Source of the DNA: Octopus bimaculoides
Lineage: Eukaryota
Reading direction: 5' to 3'
Length of the DNA stretch: 45,719 nucleotides
NCBI RefSeq assembly: GCF_001194135.2
Contig: NC_068990.1
Coordinates: forward strand, 29,095,453 to 29,141,171
Positions 11,991 to 24,000 of the stretch are shown piece after piece. The notes under the pieces are model-generated. The model saw only the letters and a list, made by a program, of their open reading frames with translations. It searched no databases and was not told the origin of the DNA. A program made the position numbers and the translations under genes. Each line of letters opens with the position of its first letter. The stretch's first letter is position 1.

Positions 11991-12627
11991 AGCGCTGACA
12001 CCTTTTATTGACGAAGAATTTTAGAGAAAATAGCCCAGGTTTTGTGTGTTACTGCTGGACCCAGAAAACCTTTACACACGAATAGAGTCGAGTTTACCTA
12101 GACGTGCGGAAGTGATGTGTTACAAAACAGGACATCTCCTTCCTGAGGATTTTATCCAATGATAGGCAAGGAATAAAGTCACAGAACTCTGCCTCTTGAA
12201 AAGCCAGAATTGCGGTATGACAGCATTCTACTTTCTATTTCTCCTTTCTTTTTTTATGTGATATCAAATGAGCATTCGATTTCAGTTGAAATTCATAATT
12301 TGTTTTTTTCTATCCACGACTGCAATATCTGGACTGTTGTGTTTAAATGGATTAGAAGTGAATCCTAATTGTCTAGATAAGATATGAAAAAGAATAGCGT
12401 TTTCCAAGGTGTGAAAGTCATCTTAGATCAGGCCAGATAAAGTTAGCTATCACCTATTCCTGACAGTTATGTACACTGAAATAACTTATAATAAAACAAG
12501 AGTAGTCACCTGAACAATGAAATGATGCAAAGTATTTCATCTTCTCGCTTTGGAGGGAAGTCTCAAAACAACGTCACTTCAACATTTATTGTAGACTCTG
12601 TTGAATTATTAGGGAGCAACTGGTCGC

Positions 12628-12880
12628 CGCGTGACCTAGCGTTTAGGGTGTTGTGCTCACGATCGTTAGATCATTGGTTCGATTCGCGAACCGAGCGGTG
12701 CGTTGTGTTCTTGAGCAAAACACTTCATTTCACGTTGCTGCAGTGCACCCACCTGTAAATGGATCACCCTGCGACGGGCTAGCCTTCCGATCAGAGAGGA
12801 TGGACATTAACCTGCTTTTGTCCAGCGATGTATAGCAGCATCCGATAGGCTGGTGGATCACGTGATCACGTAAAGCGCTA
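12628..12880 (+). mobile_element. SINE family C (tRNA-like head; CTTGAGCAAAACACTTCATTTCACGTTGCT, V-domain-like)
   Basis: Same domain as 44722-45000 and, on the minus strand, 14690-14878, 35750-36070 and 40065-40352. Confidence 0.78.
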
Positions 12881-13973
12881 TATATCAAATGGATTAAAAT
12901 TCCCCAGAAAATATAGTATAAGTACCATAGATTGGTGGAATAAGTAGTTCAATGGATTAGTTACTTAGCAACAAGTATATTATTCCCGTTTTTTTTTTTT
13001 TATTTTTACATCTCCGTCTTTTAACCTTATCAAAATTACTAAATACCCCCACCTCACCCATCCAGTAATATACGCAACATCTGACGTTTTAAACTAAACT
13101 TTCCCGTCATTTCTGTTGTGTTATGATAATCTGATATATCATTACTATGGTGCTTGAGTGATAGGAATTGTAAGACAACCAGTCAAAATAGCTTGCATTA
13201 ATATTGTTCCAACCCTTTATGTTCCGATTTGAAATCCTACCAGGAATCGATTTTTTTAGATATTTGTACCTTTTTCCAGAGACGACAATATAATTACTGG
13301 CGCAGAGATCGATTGATCTGAGAACAGTCTGACTTTAAATGTGTAGTCTAGTGCCTATGTTTCGAAGGATTATTATTAATATTATTATCTTTAAACATAG
13401 GAGAATGGCTAGCGGAATATCTTCAGTAGTTAGTTTGGTCACACTACGTTTCCATATCAAAGAATATCCGTGAATCTTAAGTATTTTTTCCAAGACCGAG
13501 AAACTTTTTGATCAGCCTATAGAAACCTTTACAAACATGAAATCTTAGAATTCTCTCAGACATCAAAGAGATCAACCAACTTTCGTCGCTTATTTAAGAA
13601 GAAATGTAACAAATGGAACAAAACGCAATGTCGTTCGATAAAAGGGCTACATTACCGGACTGGAAGCGATTGCAACGTGTGTTGTTTGTTGACTGCAAAA
13701 CAACCAATGAATTCACCGGTACGAAAATCTTTGTTGATTAATGAATTGAAAACACCTTTCTGATATCAGGAATAACTGTTAAGTGGCTGACGAACTCTGT
13801 TGTGGAAATGAAATAGCAGAGTTAAAATTTCAGAAATAAAAGATGTTTAGAAACTAAAACCGGTTCTATAAATTTACAGTTCCTGACAAGAGGTGCCTTT
13901 GTAATGTTGGCTTCTTGCTGGTTTCTGTTCCAAATTGGTGCTTGTAATGTATTTATTGTTTATCTTTTAGTCA

Positions 13974-14174
13974 AGACGTGGAGCTGGCAGAACCGTTAGC
14001 ACGCCGAACAAAATGCTTAGCGGCATTTCAACCATCTTTGCGTTCTGATTTCAAATTTCGACGAGGCCGACTATGCTTTTATTCTTTCGGGGTCCATAAA
14101 ATAAGGACCATTTGAGTACGGGGTTCGATGTAATCCAATCCGCCGATATTTGAAGCCTATAGTATAAATGATTA
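13974..14174 (+). mobile_element. SINE family A, full length, with 15-bp target-site duplication
   Basis: TTTATCTTTTAGTCA at 13959-13973 and 14175-14189 flanks the element. Confidence 0.9.
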
Positions 14175-14689
14175 TTTATCTTTTAGTCAGGTGTGAAGGT
14201 AATGCCCATGATCAATCACAGAGCCTCCAAGACTGGGGGGAGGAAGGTATACCCATACGGCATATCTGGCCCGAAAACCATCACTTGACGCCATGGGTAA
14301 CATTTATGGTGTGGCTCCGACCATAGAACCAGTTGGTGTGTTATTAAAGCGGGCGACGGATTTAAACTCAGAACGCAAAGAAATAAAAAAAAAAGACACA
14401 AAGCACATGGTCCCACTTACCATTACCAACCCATTGTTTGGGATTTGCACCTTTTTATTATCGGGCTCCAAGAAAATGAAAGTCAAAGTTAACCTCGTAA
14501 ACTCGGTGGTATTTTAACACCGAGTTCTGAGATTTGGAAGAAACATCACGACGTTTTCTGCCCGATGCTCCATCCACTCTATCAATTCACCGACAATCAT
14601 CATAGTCAGCGTCGTCGACAACTTCTGAACATTACAGAACTCACAGGGCTGTTTTCACGGTTTCCATGGTGTAAAAGTGACCGGGGTTG

Positions 14690-14878
14690 CAAATCCCCAC
14701 CCCCGCCCAACAGGATGCTACTCCATTGGAGAGTTACTCTTTTGAAGGTTACTCTAAGTGAGCTGAAACAACGGAAACTGAAATGTTTTGCTCGAGGACA
14801 CAACGCACCGCCCGGTTCGGGGATCGAAACCACTACTGCAAGAACGTGAGAGACGCACTCCTAACCACTAGACCACCT
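14690..14878 (-). mobile_element. SINE family C, head and central domain
   Basis: Reverse strand: GTGGTCTAGTGGTTAGGAGTG...GGTTTCGATCCCCGAACCGGGCGGTGCGTTGTGTCCTCGAGCAAAACATTTCAG. Confidence 0.78.
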
Positions 14879-15074
14879 ATCTTCATTCATCTTCTCTCAT
14901 CGCTTTTATGCAATAATTGAAAGGCTTCTTTGCTCACAAAATGAAAATGTGATGGGTTTTGTTGTGAGCATTAAATTTAAGTTAAACCAAAGAAGGGTTG
15001 ATTTAATACACTGCAGCGTTTCATAGCCGCTTCCACATAAATTTCCTGTGAAAGTTGTTGAAAATCAACTAATA

Positions 15075-15801
15075 CAAGGTCCCAGACACGAAGGTCCTCA
15101 CTAAGCTGATCTACTAATCATTTACACACTGCTGAAAAAGCAGAAGTCAGGTGGGCAAGCCACCTTGTGCGAATGCCCGGCATGTGACTCCCGGAGAAAC
15201 TGCTTTACACCACAAACTGGCAGAAGGCAAAAACACGCGGACAGAAAAAGCGCTTCAAGGACACCTTCAGAGCTTCAGTGAAGAGCTTTAACCCATTAGG
15301 TCCCACTGTCCTATAAATAGGACACTAAATGAGAACATTAAATAAGCTATATCACATTGTCTCAGTGTCCTATAAATAGGACACCGAGTATTCCCATTTC
15401 TATTTGAAGTAAAGGAGTTTTAATAATTATTTTTTTCATTTTAACCCTGTTTTCAATCATCTGTAAAAATTTAAAAGTAATATTCAGACATTTAAGCACT
15501 CTGGGACTTAATTGATTAAGGTCAACGCCGACGAAGCTGCATCAACACAGTGGTGCCACCTCCTACGAACAAGAGAGGATTGCCAGGGAAAGAAGAGATT
15601 GTGAACTACGCAAGTGCAGGGCCAAGTCTTTGCCTTCAGTTCCAAGAGACCATTATTGCTCGACCTGCAGCAAAGACTTCCGGTCTTGCGTCGGCCTGAT
15701 TGGCCACGATCGGACACACCAAGTTCCGTGCCCCATACTCCATCTGCTTCTCCCGTGTGATGTCCCTGGTCATCGTTGACAACTGTGGACAAACTAATAA
15801 C

Positions 15802-15879
<78 letters not shown>

Positions 15880-15880
15880 T
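15075..15880 (+). mobile_element. RTE-clade LINE 3' end with C2H2 finger and (AAT)n tail, interrupted by a MITE
   Basis: VPDTKVLT..., VRWASHLVRMPG, LAEGK, QKKRFKDTFRASVKSF across frameshifts; then 15552-15779 GATSYEQERIARERR...HYCSTCSKDFRSCVGLIGHDRTH (C-x2-C-x12-H-x3-H); ends TGGTCA...GGACAAAC plus (AAT)n. Confidence 0.88.
15292..15515. mobile_element. piggyBac-like non-autonomous element with TTAA duplication
   Basis: TTAA at 15288-15291 and 15516-15519; ends CCCATTAGGTCCCA and TGGGACTTAATTGA (11/14 inverted match); splits the LINE coding remnant. Confidence 0.72.
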
Positions 15881-16511
15881 TTATTATTTAAGTTTATGTA
15901 GCTGTCAGGAATAGGTAATAGGTTTAAAAGTACCTGACCTGACCTCAATTGAACCTATGACATTGGAGAAAGTTCTTTTTTTAGATATATATTTTGTCTA
16001 GACATTGGGGATTAAGTACTTAACCAGTTAATGCTACTAAACAAGGGTAAAGTTGGTGTTTTTAATTCTAGCCCGACACGTCACCGAATTTATGATGAGG
16101 AAAGTAAAATCATTAAATGAAACTGTAGTATAGTCATCATGGTGAAGCAAAGCGATAAAACTTGTCCATCATTTAAAAGTGGGAATAAAGACTGTTTAAA
16201 CAAATATAAAGAAATAGGAAGAACATACAACAAGGCAAAGTCAAAATTTTTTGTCAGCCGTGCTCTGATGGGTTAGAGGCAGACATATATTTTAATGGAA
16301 ACGCGTGAAGGAATTATCGCTATTAATTGAAGTCAACACTTGAAAATTACTTAAGGGCAACAATAAATGTCATTCAAATTTTGAACATTTTCTAAACCTG
16401 AATCAATTTACGAGGCTGTGCATCTTATAAATTTCGTATTGAATATGCTAATGAACAAATAAGGAATTGTACTGGCGGCAAATTATTTCTCGTCGTCGTC
16501 GTTGTTTTAGT

Positions 16512-16557
16512 TGTTGTTAGACCGTTGTTAGACCGTTGTTAGACCGTTGTTAGACCG
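16512..16557. repeat. 11-bp tandem repeat (GTTGTTAGACC) x4
   Basis: Directly visible. Confidence 0.9.
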
Positions 16558-16709
16558 TCGGAAATGTTAATTTGTTGTGTGCCTTCTTTATATTCCGAGT
16601 TCAAAACCCGGCGAAATTTCTCCGTAGTCTTTCGTTTTCTCCAGATTGAATGAATTATGAAGTCCTGTGAAGCTGCTGTCTTGACTACAACCTTCACAGC
16701 TAAGCCAGA

Positions 16710-16754
16710 AGTGATGATGATGATGATGATGATGATGATCATCATCATCATCTT

Positions 16755-16787
<33 letters not shown>

Positions 16788-16800
16788 CGTCATCACTATA
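16710..16800. repeat. Compound microsatellite (GAT)n-(CAT)n-(CAG)n
   Basis: Directly visible. Confidence 0.95.
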
Positions 16801-16814
16801 ATTGTTGTTATGCC

Positions 16815-16945
16815 CTTGATGTCTCCCTTGCCTTTCATCCTTTTGGGGTCAATAAAATAAATACCAGCTGAGCCCTGGGGTCGATGTAAATGACTACTAA
16901 GCCTCCCTACCACCAAATTGCCAAGCTTTGAACCTTTAAGTAGAA
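16815..16945 (+). mobile_element. SINE family A, 3' half
   Basis: TTGCCTTTCATCCTTTTGGGGTCAATAAAATAAATACCAG...GGGGTCGATGTAA...AGTAGAAAGAATTATT. Confidence 0.8.
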
Positions 16946-16959
16946 AGAATTATTGTCCC

Positions 16960-17065
16960 CGCTGTTGCTGTTGCTGCTGCTGCTGCTGCTGCTGCTGTTT
17001 TTGTTGTAGTAGTAGTAGTAGTAGTAGTAGTAGCATGTGTTGTTGTTGTTGTTGTTGTTGTTGTT
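16960..17065. repeat. Compound microsatellite (GCT)n-(GTA)n-(GTT)n
   Basis: Directly visible. Confidence 0.95.
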
Positions 17066-17200
17066 AAGGCGGCGAATTCGTTGAATCCTTAACACGTCGA
17101 ACAAAGTGATTAGCGACGTTTCGTCCGAATCTTTTACTGTTTGAATTCAAATTCTGTTGGGTCCAACTTGGCTTTACATGCTTTCGGGAGTCGATATCAT
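17066..17200 (+). mobile_element. SINE family A, decayed 5' half
   Basis: AAGGCGGCGAATTCGTTGAATC...GAATTCAAATTCTG...CTTTACATGCTTTCGGGAGTCGATA. Confidence 0.7.
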
Positions 17201-17204
17201 GAAA

Positions 17205-18124
17205 GCACTTGTCAAACAGAAGGCTCCATAATACGGTTTGCAATGAGGCAAATCAGAAGAAACTGTTTCAGGAACCAGATGGGCAATTACACATAACAAT
17301 GGTACCACTCATCTAACTGTTGCGCTACCCTTCCGTGGAGCCCTCTCAGATTCTTCATCTAATAACCTTGGACCCCATCAAGTCCTGGACTCTTCCAATT
17401 TAGGAATTTTTTAACTGCCTTTTTATCATTTCTGTAATTATTTTTATGTCTTCTTGGCCTTCTATATTTCTTAACCTATCTTGGATTTTATGCAGCCTCT
17501 CCACTTCATCATTATGCTCTACAGGTTGGTCCCAGATCCTTCTCCATAATATCCTACTTTCCTCTGCATCTGGTATCATTGTTTCATGTAATTTCCCATC
17601 TACTCCCTGAAACAGTTTCTTCTGATTTGCTTCAAACAATCTGTTTTGCCTGAACTGTCTTTTTCTATTGTCATATTTTTCCAGTTTTGCGTTGATTGCT
17701 CCTATTCTTTGTTTCAATTCTTCCAATATCACATCCTACCCTTTATCTCTTATACTATATGTTCTTTCCAGCATTTTCTTTATGCTTTCCTTCTGCAATT
17801 CCCCTCTTCTCCACCTATCAACTTGTCCTAAATGTCTTTTTAACTTTGTTTCTCACAAATTCGTCTACGCCAATCTGGTTCTTTACGTTCTCTTCTTTTG
17901 TATCCAACTCTATATGCTGCAACAATAGCTGCAGCCCAAGTAATCTTGTTAGTTTCAGTTATATTTCCCGTCTGGAATAGTCCACGGACAGAATCGATCC
18001 TTTCGGTTTCAATTTTGATTTTGCGTCGATCAAAATACCTCAGATCCTGGTCTTCTGTAATATATCAGCACATCATCCTCACTATATCTTGCTGATCATC
18101 AACGTATTCTTGTGATATAGCTCC
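17205..18124 (-). mobile_element. Decayed R4/Dong-like LINE, region upstream of and entering the RT domain
   Basis: ITETNKITWAAAIVAAYRVGYKRRERKEPDWRRRI; ORF 17400-17732 LEELKQRIGAINAKLEKYDNRKRQFRQNRLFEANQKKLF...LWRRIWDQPVEHN; then NWKSPGLDGVQGY*MKNLRGLHGRVAQQL. Confidence 0.85.
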
Positions 18125-18127
18125 TAT

Positions 18128-18190
18128 TGTTGTTGTTGTTGTTGTTGTTGTTGCTGCTGCTGCTGCTACTGCTGTTGTTGTTGTTGTTAC
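18128..18190. repeat. (GTT)n-(GCT)n compound microsatellite
   Basis: Directly visible. Confidence 0.9.
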
Positions 18191-18294
18191 CCTAGCGCGT
18201 GCTTAGTAATTAATTTATCTTGTTACCCGGCTAACATCTCAATGCACTCTTTTGCCTACACAGTCATGTCTGCGTTTATACTCCTATTATCATC

Positions 18295-18439
<145 letters not shown>

Positions 18440-19834
18440 GACGACAAAGGTCGTGTTTTTCGTTCCGTGAAATTTGCATCATTATCTTCTTTTTTATTTT
18501 AGTTATTTTCCTAAAAGAAAAACTTGGAATATTTCATTGTTCACCCCGTTTATCTTGAGGTGTAAAATATGACATTTTTATGTTATGTTTTATTGAACAT
18601 TCATTTCCTTGTATTTCAATATGAATTCTCCCTCTGGAACAGCAGTAAGAGTTAGAAAGGTGGTAGTAGCGAACATACAACCAAACATTTCTGGAAGAAA
18701 CTTGAAAATATTGCTGGTAAAAATGCAGATGTTGAAAATATTTATAAAAAGACAAATATATCCGCGTCCATATTTGTAAATGGAAAAATTAACAATGCAA
18801 TCTAAACAAACGATAGTTATATTAACGAATACATTTTTAAACACAGACTAGTATTAAAAATGTTTAGAATATTGGCAATAACGAACACAATGTTGTCAGT
18901 GTTAGCAGTTGGGGTCAGATATTTAAATACGAACCAGTTCTTCGAAAACCACAGAGAGAATGGATAAAGATGAGATTGTTCTCTTTAGATGATGATCTTA
19001 TGGAAGAAAGGTTAAAGGGGAAAATAGCATATCAGACATATCTTTGTCTCTCGAACGGGTATATCAGGGTGTAGCTGACCTTCAAACTGAATAAAGAAGC
19101 ACAACAAAAGTTTCAATAACCTTCCCACTAGTGAAGACTTGGCAAGTAGGCTTCTCAGCTGCTAAATGCATGTTTCCCGCGCACACATATATGAAATGAA
19201 AGTCCTCGAGCTGATAAAACCCCGAATGGAAGCAAGGAAAAGGAGAGGGTTTAATAAATTAATATGGAGTGGTAGGAATTTGGTAAGTTTATATAAGCTG
19301 TAGTTCAGATGGTCAACACACCACCACTCTCTCCGTTCTCATTCTTTCTCTCTACGATGTGTCACGTTAAAAAAAAATCAGGCACAGTCATGGGAAGTTT
19401 CGGAGATTACCGTTTTCTAAGTGAGCATTGGAGAAAAATTATGTTCTACTGATCTAATGAACTAGCTTTCCTCGACTGCACCGATTTAGTAAATATACAA
19501 TTGTATTGCATAATGAGTAGCATTCACACTGGGACAGACATGTGAACATATTTTTTTATACACTGGAATTATTATTAAATTATGAAGGCTGCGAAACGGC
19601 CGTAGTCTTAAGGAAGATAAGTGGTTAAATAAAAGATATTCACCTCTCATGCTTCCTGATATTTTATGGTTTATATAGACATCATGAAATAATTTCATCG
19701 ACTGAACCTCCTGAATTTCAGCTAAATACTCATCCGTATTTGATTAATATCTAGTCTAAATGAACTTTTTGTGATGGCCACGTCATTCTATGAAGCCAAA
19801 TATTACATTTCAAGTCTGTGTGTATATATATATG

Positions 19835-19889
<55 letters not shown>

Positions 19890-19899
19890 ATATTTATAT

Positions 19900-20287
19900 A
19901 GTGGTTGTCTACTCCTTATGCAGAGTTTGACCACCTCCTGTACCTACACCTTAGCAACATCATGGTGTCTGATGTGTCTTTTTAAACCAGACAATGTTCT
20001 GCAAAGACTCCAATTTGGACCACCAAGAGCTGCAGATAAGTTAAGTTCCGCTGTTTGTGAATCTTAAAATGTCTTTTGAGACCTCCATTGGATCTGCAGA
20101 TCTTCCCGCATACACTGCATTCAAAGGTGTGCACAGACATATAGACAAAATAGTTGGTGAAGGTTCATTTTCCATGCGTTCGCAGATGAGATTTGAGGCC
20201 AGCAAAAGACAGGCATGGTCTGTCACAAACCGTACACACAAAAAGGTCATTGTCATTTACTTTCTCTATCGTTACAGTCTTCCTTAG
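19900..20287 (-). pseudogene. Three tandem C2H2 zinc-finger remnants ending like an RTE LINE 3' UTR
   Basis: Finger 1 (20242-20174) FVCTVCDRPCLSFAGLKSHLRTH; in-frame TGA at 20167-20165; finger 2 (20125-20057) FECSVCGKICRSNGGLKRHFKIH; frameshifted finger 3 (20003-19962) CRTLSGLKRHIRHH; then TGGTCA...GACAACCAC and a TA/CA-rich tail. Confidence 0.8.
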
Positions 20288-20289
20288 AC

Positions 20290-20290
20290 T

Positions 20291-20358
<68 letters not shown>
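20290..20358. repeat. (GATA)n microsatellite
   Basis: Directly visible. Confidence 0.95.
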
Positions 20359-20895
20359 TAAAGAACTCTTTGAAATGCTTTTGACAAAAGCAAAGGTGAT
20401 TTTATGAATGGGTTTCTTTATTGTTTGTTGAATGACATAAAAAGAAAAGAACCGAAACAGGTTCTTACCCAAAATATTAGTATGATTTGACAGTGAACAT
20501 ATTTCGAAAGACATGATGTAAATAACACTGTCATTCTTCATGTTGTTGTTTACAGACCAGGTGTATGTGCTTTATGGCGTCATAAGAATCATAGCAAAAC
20601 CGTGAGAGATAAAATGCGTCTGTCAGTTCAAAGTGTGATACATTTGATAAGCTGTCTACAAGCCTGTTTGTAGATTTCTATTTGACGATATTCATCTGAC
20701 AGTCGACAAAACACAAGTTGAAATGCTTCATTATCATTGCAACGGAAAAGTCAAAGTTATTCAGCGAATACGGCACCTTTTTTTCCAAATAATCTCCACA
20801 GAAAAAAAAAATCCGGCGAAATCTTAGTATCGAAACTTGTTCTGAGTAAATTTCAATTGAAAATGAGAAACGATACGCGTTATGGTTTCTTTTGT

Positions 20896-20944
<49 letters not shown>

Positions 20945-21232
20945 CTTAGGTTACTGTTAGTGTTTGTATATTAAAATCTCAATAACACTCATTTATTAAA
21001 GGCGGTATTGAGATATTCAATGATATAAGCCAACAATTTTCTTAAACATATTTACGAAAACCAATTTTGTACTTTGTTTCAATCTATTGTTCTACTCGAA
21101 AACATGATCACATGAGGATGTTTATATTGGTGCGCGAAATCTAGCTCTATCATGATTAAACTGACATCGAAAATGTTCTTTAGAATAAAAAAAATATACT
21201 GTGACTACATAAACACACATTTACAGTGTATA

Positions 21233-21371
21233 TAGGGGCTGCCGAAAAGTCCTTAGATTTAAGGGTGTCGCGAAAGGCCTGGTTGGAAGCCCAAAATTCC
21301 AAGTTCTTCTACAGAGTTTCGAAAAACTGAAGGACTGCTGCATTATGTGTGTGAATATGAGCGGGAAATAC
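21233..21371 (+). mobile_element. Mariner-like deletion derivative: left-end-like sequence fused to transposase C-terminus remnant
   Basis: TA-GGGGCTGCCGAAAAGTCC resembles mariner TIR starts; FEKLKDCCIMCVNMSGKY resembles the mariner C-terminal KL..RW.KCV...G.Y motif. Confidence 0.55.
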
Positions 21372-21545
21372 GGTATTTCGCCCGTCGCTGCGTTCTGAGT
21401 TTAAATACCGGCGAGGTCGACTTAGCCTTTCATCCTTTTCGGGTCGATATATTAAGTACCAGTGAAACATTGGTGACTCTGAAATCGACAATCCCCTTCC
21501 CCAAAATTTCAGGCCTTGTGCTTATAATAGAAAGGAGTATTATTA
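21372..21545 (+). mobile_element. SINE family A, 5'-truncated, (ATT)n tail
   Basis: GGTATTTCGCCCGTCGCTGCGTTCTGAG...CCTTTCATCCTTTTCGGGTCGATA...CAAAATTTCAGGCCTTGTGC...AGAAAGGAGTATTATT. Confidence 0.88.
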
Positions 21546-21576
21546 TTATTATTTTAATTATTATTATTGTTATTGA

Positions 21577-21985
21577 GTGAGAATGCAATGCATGCCATCA
21601 AAGTGACACTAGCGTAAAATATACGAAGCCCAGTACATCCATCATGGCTACCGGTCTAGGGGTACACCAGGCACATGCATCACAAACATATGTGCGCGAC
21701 ATGGTGATCTTATATCAAATTAAACAGCGCATGACCTTGCAGGTGATGTCCAGTTAGAATTTTCTTCAGGTTGAGTAGCCTATCCGCTCAAAAGGTCCTT
21801 CAATAAATGTTGTTCAAGGATGAGGAAGGAAACACCTATGTTTCCAGAAGTGAATTATTCAAACCCCAAAGAATTCCTCTCAACACATAACTATGGTGCT
21901 CCCCCACTACTTCTGCTCGTGATCAGAGATGCACATATTGTCAGCCACCAAGGGACATGCTCAACTGGTTAAGGTCAAACAAGCA
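21577..21985 (-). mobile_element. Long-tail module, second copy of 7045-7450
   Basis: GCATGCCATCAAAGTGACAC...CACCAGGCACATGCATCACAA...CCCAAAGAATTCCTCTCAACACAT...GGGACATGCTCAACTGG shared with 7045-7450. Confidence 0.88.
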
Positions 21986-22029
21986 AGAAGACAATATGTG
22001 GTATTGAGCAGAAAATTTTCTGTGGCCCA

Positions 22030-22067
22030 GTTTCTTCTTTTTCTTCTTCTTCTTCTTCTTCTTCTTC

Positions 22068-22098
<31 letters not shown>
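22030..22098. repeat. (CTT)n-(ATT)n microsatellite followed by a SINE head remnant (22098-22148, minus strand)
   Basis: Repeats visible; reverse strand GGCATAGTGGTTAAGAGCGCGGGCTACTCACCACAAGATTCCGAGTTCGAT carries A and B boxes. Confidence 0.8.
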
Positions 22099-22879
22099 CG
22101 AACTCGGAATCTTGTGGTGAGTAGCCCGCGCTCTTAACCACTATGCCATATGTCCGTGGGCGATTTTGGGGTGAATTTTATGGCTTATAAATCTAATATT
22201 TTTTATCATTCCATAATACCCGTTCCTATAAAATATAAATATCTGCACTCGGTCTGCATAGGAGATTGTTGTGTCCTAGCATATGTGCTGCTTCTTTTAG
22301 TTTTCGTATTTTCTCTGTCTATTATTTTAACTTCATCCCATAGGGGGATGTGTTTAGATATAATTGAAAGTTTAACGAGGGGAAATGAGGAGGACAGTAC
22401 AGAAATGCATTCATATAATACAACACAACAAATCATTTCAGTTGATATGATTTTTGTCATTACAAGGGCAGTATTTGTCAACACAATGCTTTGAATTTTT
22501 GTGAGAAATGGGTCTCCTGGGATGTTATCTAGACGCTTTTAAAATCCCTTTTTACTTCATACAAAGAGTACTTTGAACAAAAGTGACACTTTTCACTGCA
22601 GGATACTACATCTTTTGTATTTAAATTTCCAGGCCCTTATATTGACTGAGCTTGTCAAATTCCTTCATAGACATTTTCTTATTTGATGAAACAGTTATAT
22701 CTATTTAACACGTTTATGTATACAATCATTGAGTCTTTTGTTAAACTTTTGTGCGAAAACGTTTTCGCCTTATATTTATGAAACAATGATTCCGATCAAT
22801 AATATTATATAGAAGTGTATGTGTGTATATCTGCGTGTGTATATGTATACATATACAGATATCTATAATTTATGCATAT

Positions 22880-22943
22880 ATAATATATGTATATATATAT
22901 ACATACGTACATACAGGCATATATATATATATATATATATATA

Positions 22944-22985
<42 letters not shown>

Positions 22986-23004
22986 CATATGTATATATAT
23001 ATAC

Positions 23005-23053
<49 letters not shown>

Positions 23054-23076
23054 CATATATATACATACATATATAT

Positions 23077-23147
<71 letters not shown>

Positions 23148-23165
23148 AAGTATGTATGTATATAT
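22880..23165. repeat. (TA)n/(TACA)n/(TG)n block
   Basis: Directly visible. Confidence 0.95.
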
Positions 23166-24000
23166 GTCTGTCAGAAAAGATGCGATGTTAGTGAGTGGTG
23201 TGAGAGGTGTAGAGAATTATGTTTTGGTCACTACACATTATTTTGAAACAAAACAAACACAAATATATCATCTACTATTTGCTATTTGACACAACCATCG
23301 AGAGGCTATTGATTCTTGTCTCTAAACCTATTTTTCAATCCCACACACTCGACGGCAAAGATTCATTCAAGCGATTAATTTTTTCTTTATTTTTACTTTC
23401 TTTTGTATCTGAGGTGAGCGCTGTAATTATCGTTTCTCTTGCTAAGCTCTGCTGCGAGAAGGAAATTAAAATAATGTTTTCTCTTCTTTTGTCTCGCCTT
23501 TTATCAGACCGCGATATTTTTAGAAACCAGCGAAATTTGGGGGAATTGTCAAAAATGTCCATTACTTTTTGATAATAGATCGAGCAAGAGTTTGCTTCCT
23601 GTTTGTCCAGTTTATGATGTAATTGTTTGTGATTATAATTTCTTTGTTTGTTTGTATTACTTTCATTACGCTAAATGTTTTTTAGTCATTGTTGTTGCCG
23701 TGGTTGATATTATTGTTGTTATTGTTTTGTAGCTGTTAGTTTTGTTTGTGTTGAACAACCTCGGTAAGATCTTCTTAAACGTTTTTCAAACGACAGATTA
23801 TCAAATGTAGGAGTTCCTATTTCCCTGTCTTTATTGTCGCAAATTCTCTTCTCAAATCTAAAATATGATGAACCTATTTTCTAAGAAGTTTACTCACAGA
23901 ATCCAGATTAGCTTGTAGCTTCTATTAAACGTTTACTGCTAAGATTGAAAACGGGTGAACAAGGAATTGTTTAACAGTGCAAAATCAGAGGTTCACTGGA

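Noticed and set aside
12100-12170. ETS-like GCGGAAGTG (12106-12114) and CCAAT (12156-12160) as a promoter
   Set aside because: Two short motifs in AT-rich DNA without CpG enrichment or a first-exon signal.
18640-19100. Short protein-like frames (KGGSSEHTTKHFWKKLENIAGK...; DDDLMEERLKG...)
   Set aside because: Bounded by stops, no consistent splice sites, nothing recognisable.
20057-20287. Plus-strand ORF MNLKMSFETSIGSADLP... and minus-strand ORF 20041-20256 from the track
   Set aside because: Both are shadows of the zinc-finger frame, which is a different minus-strand frame.
23414-23507. Apparent short intron (GTGAGC...TTTTATCAG)
   Set aside because: Upstream flank is T-rich non-exonic sequence and the downstream frame shows nothing recognisable.
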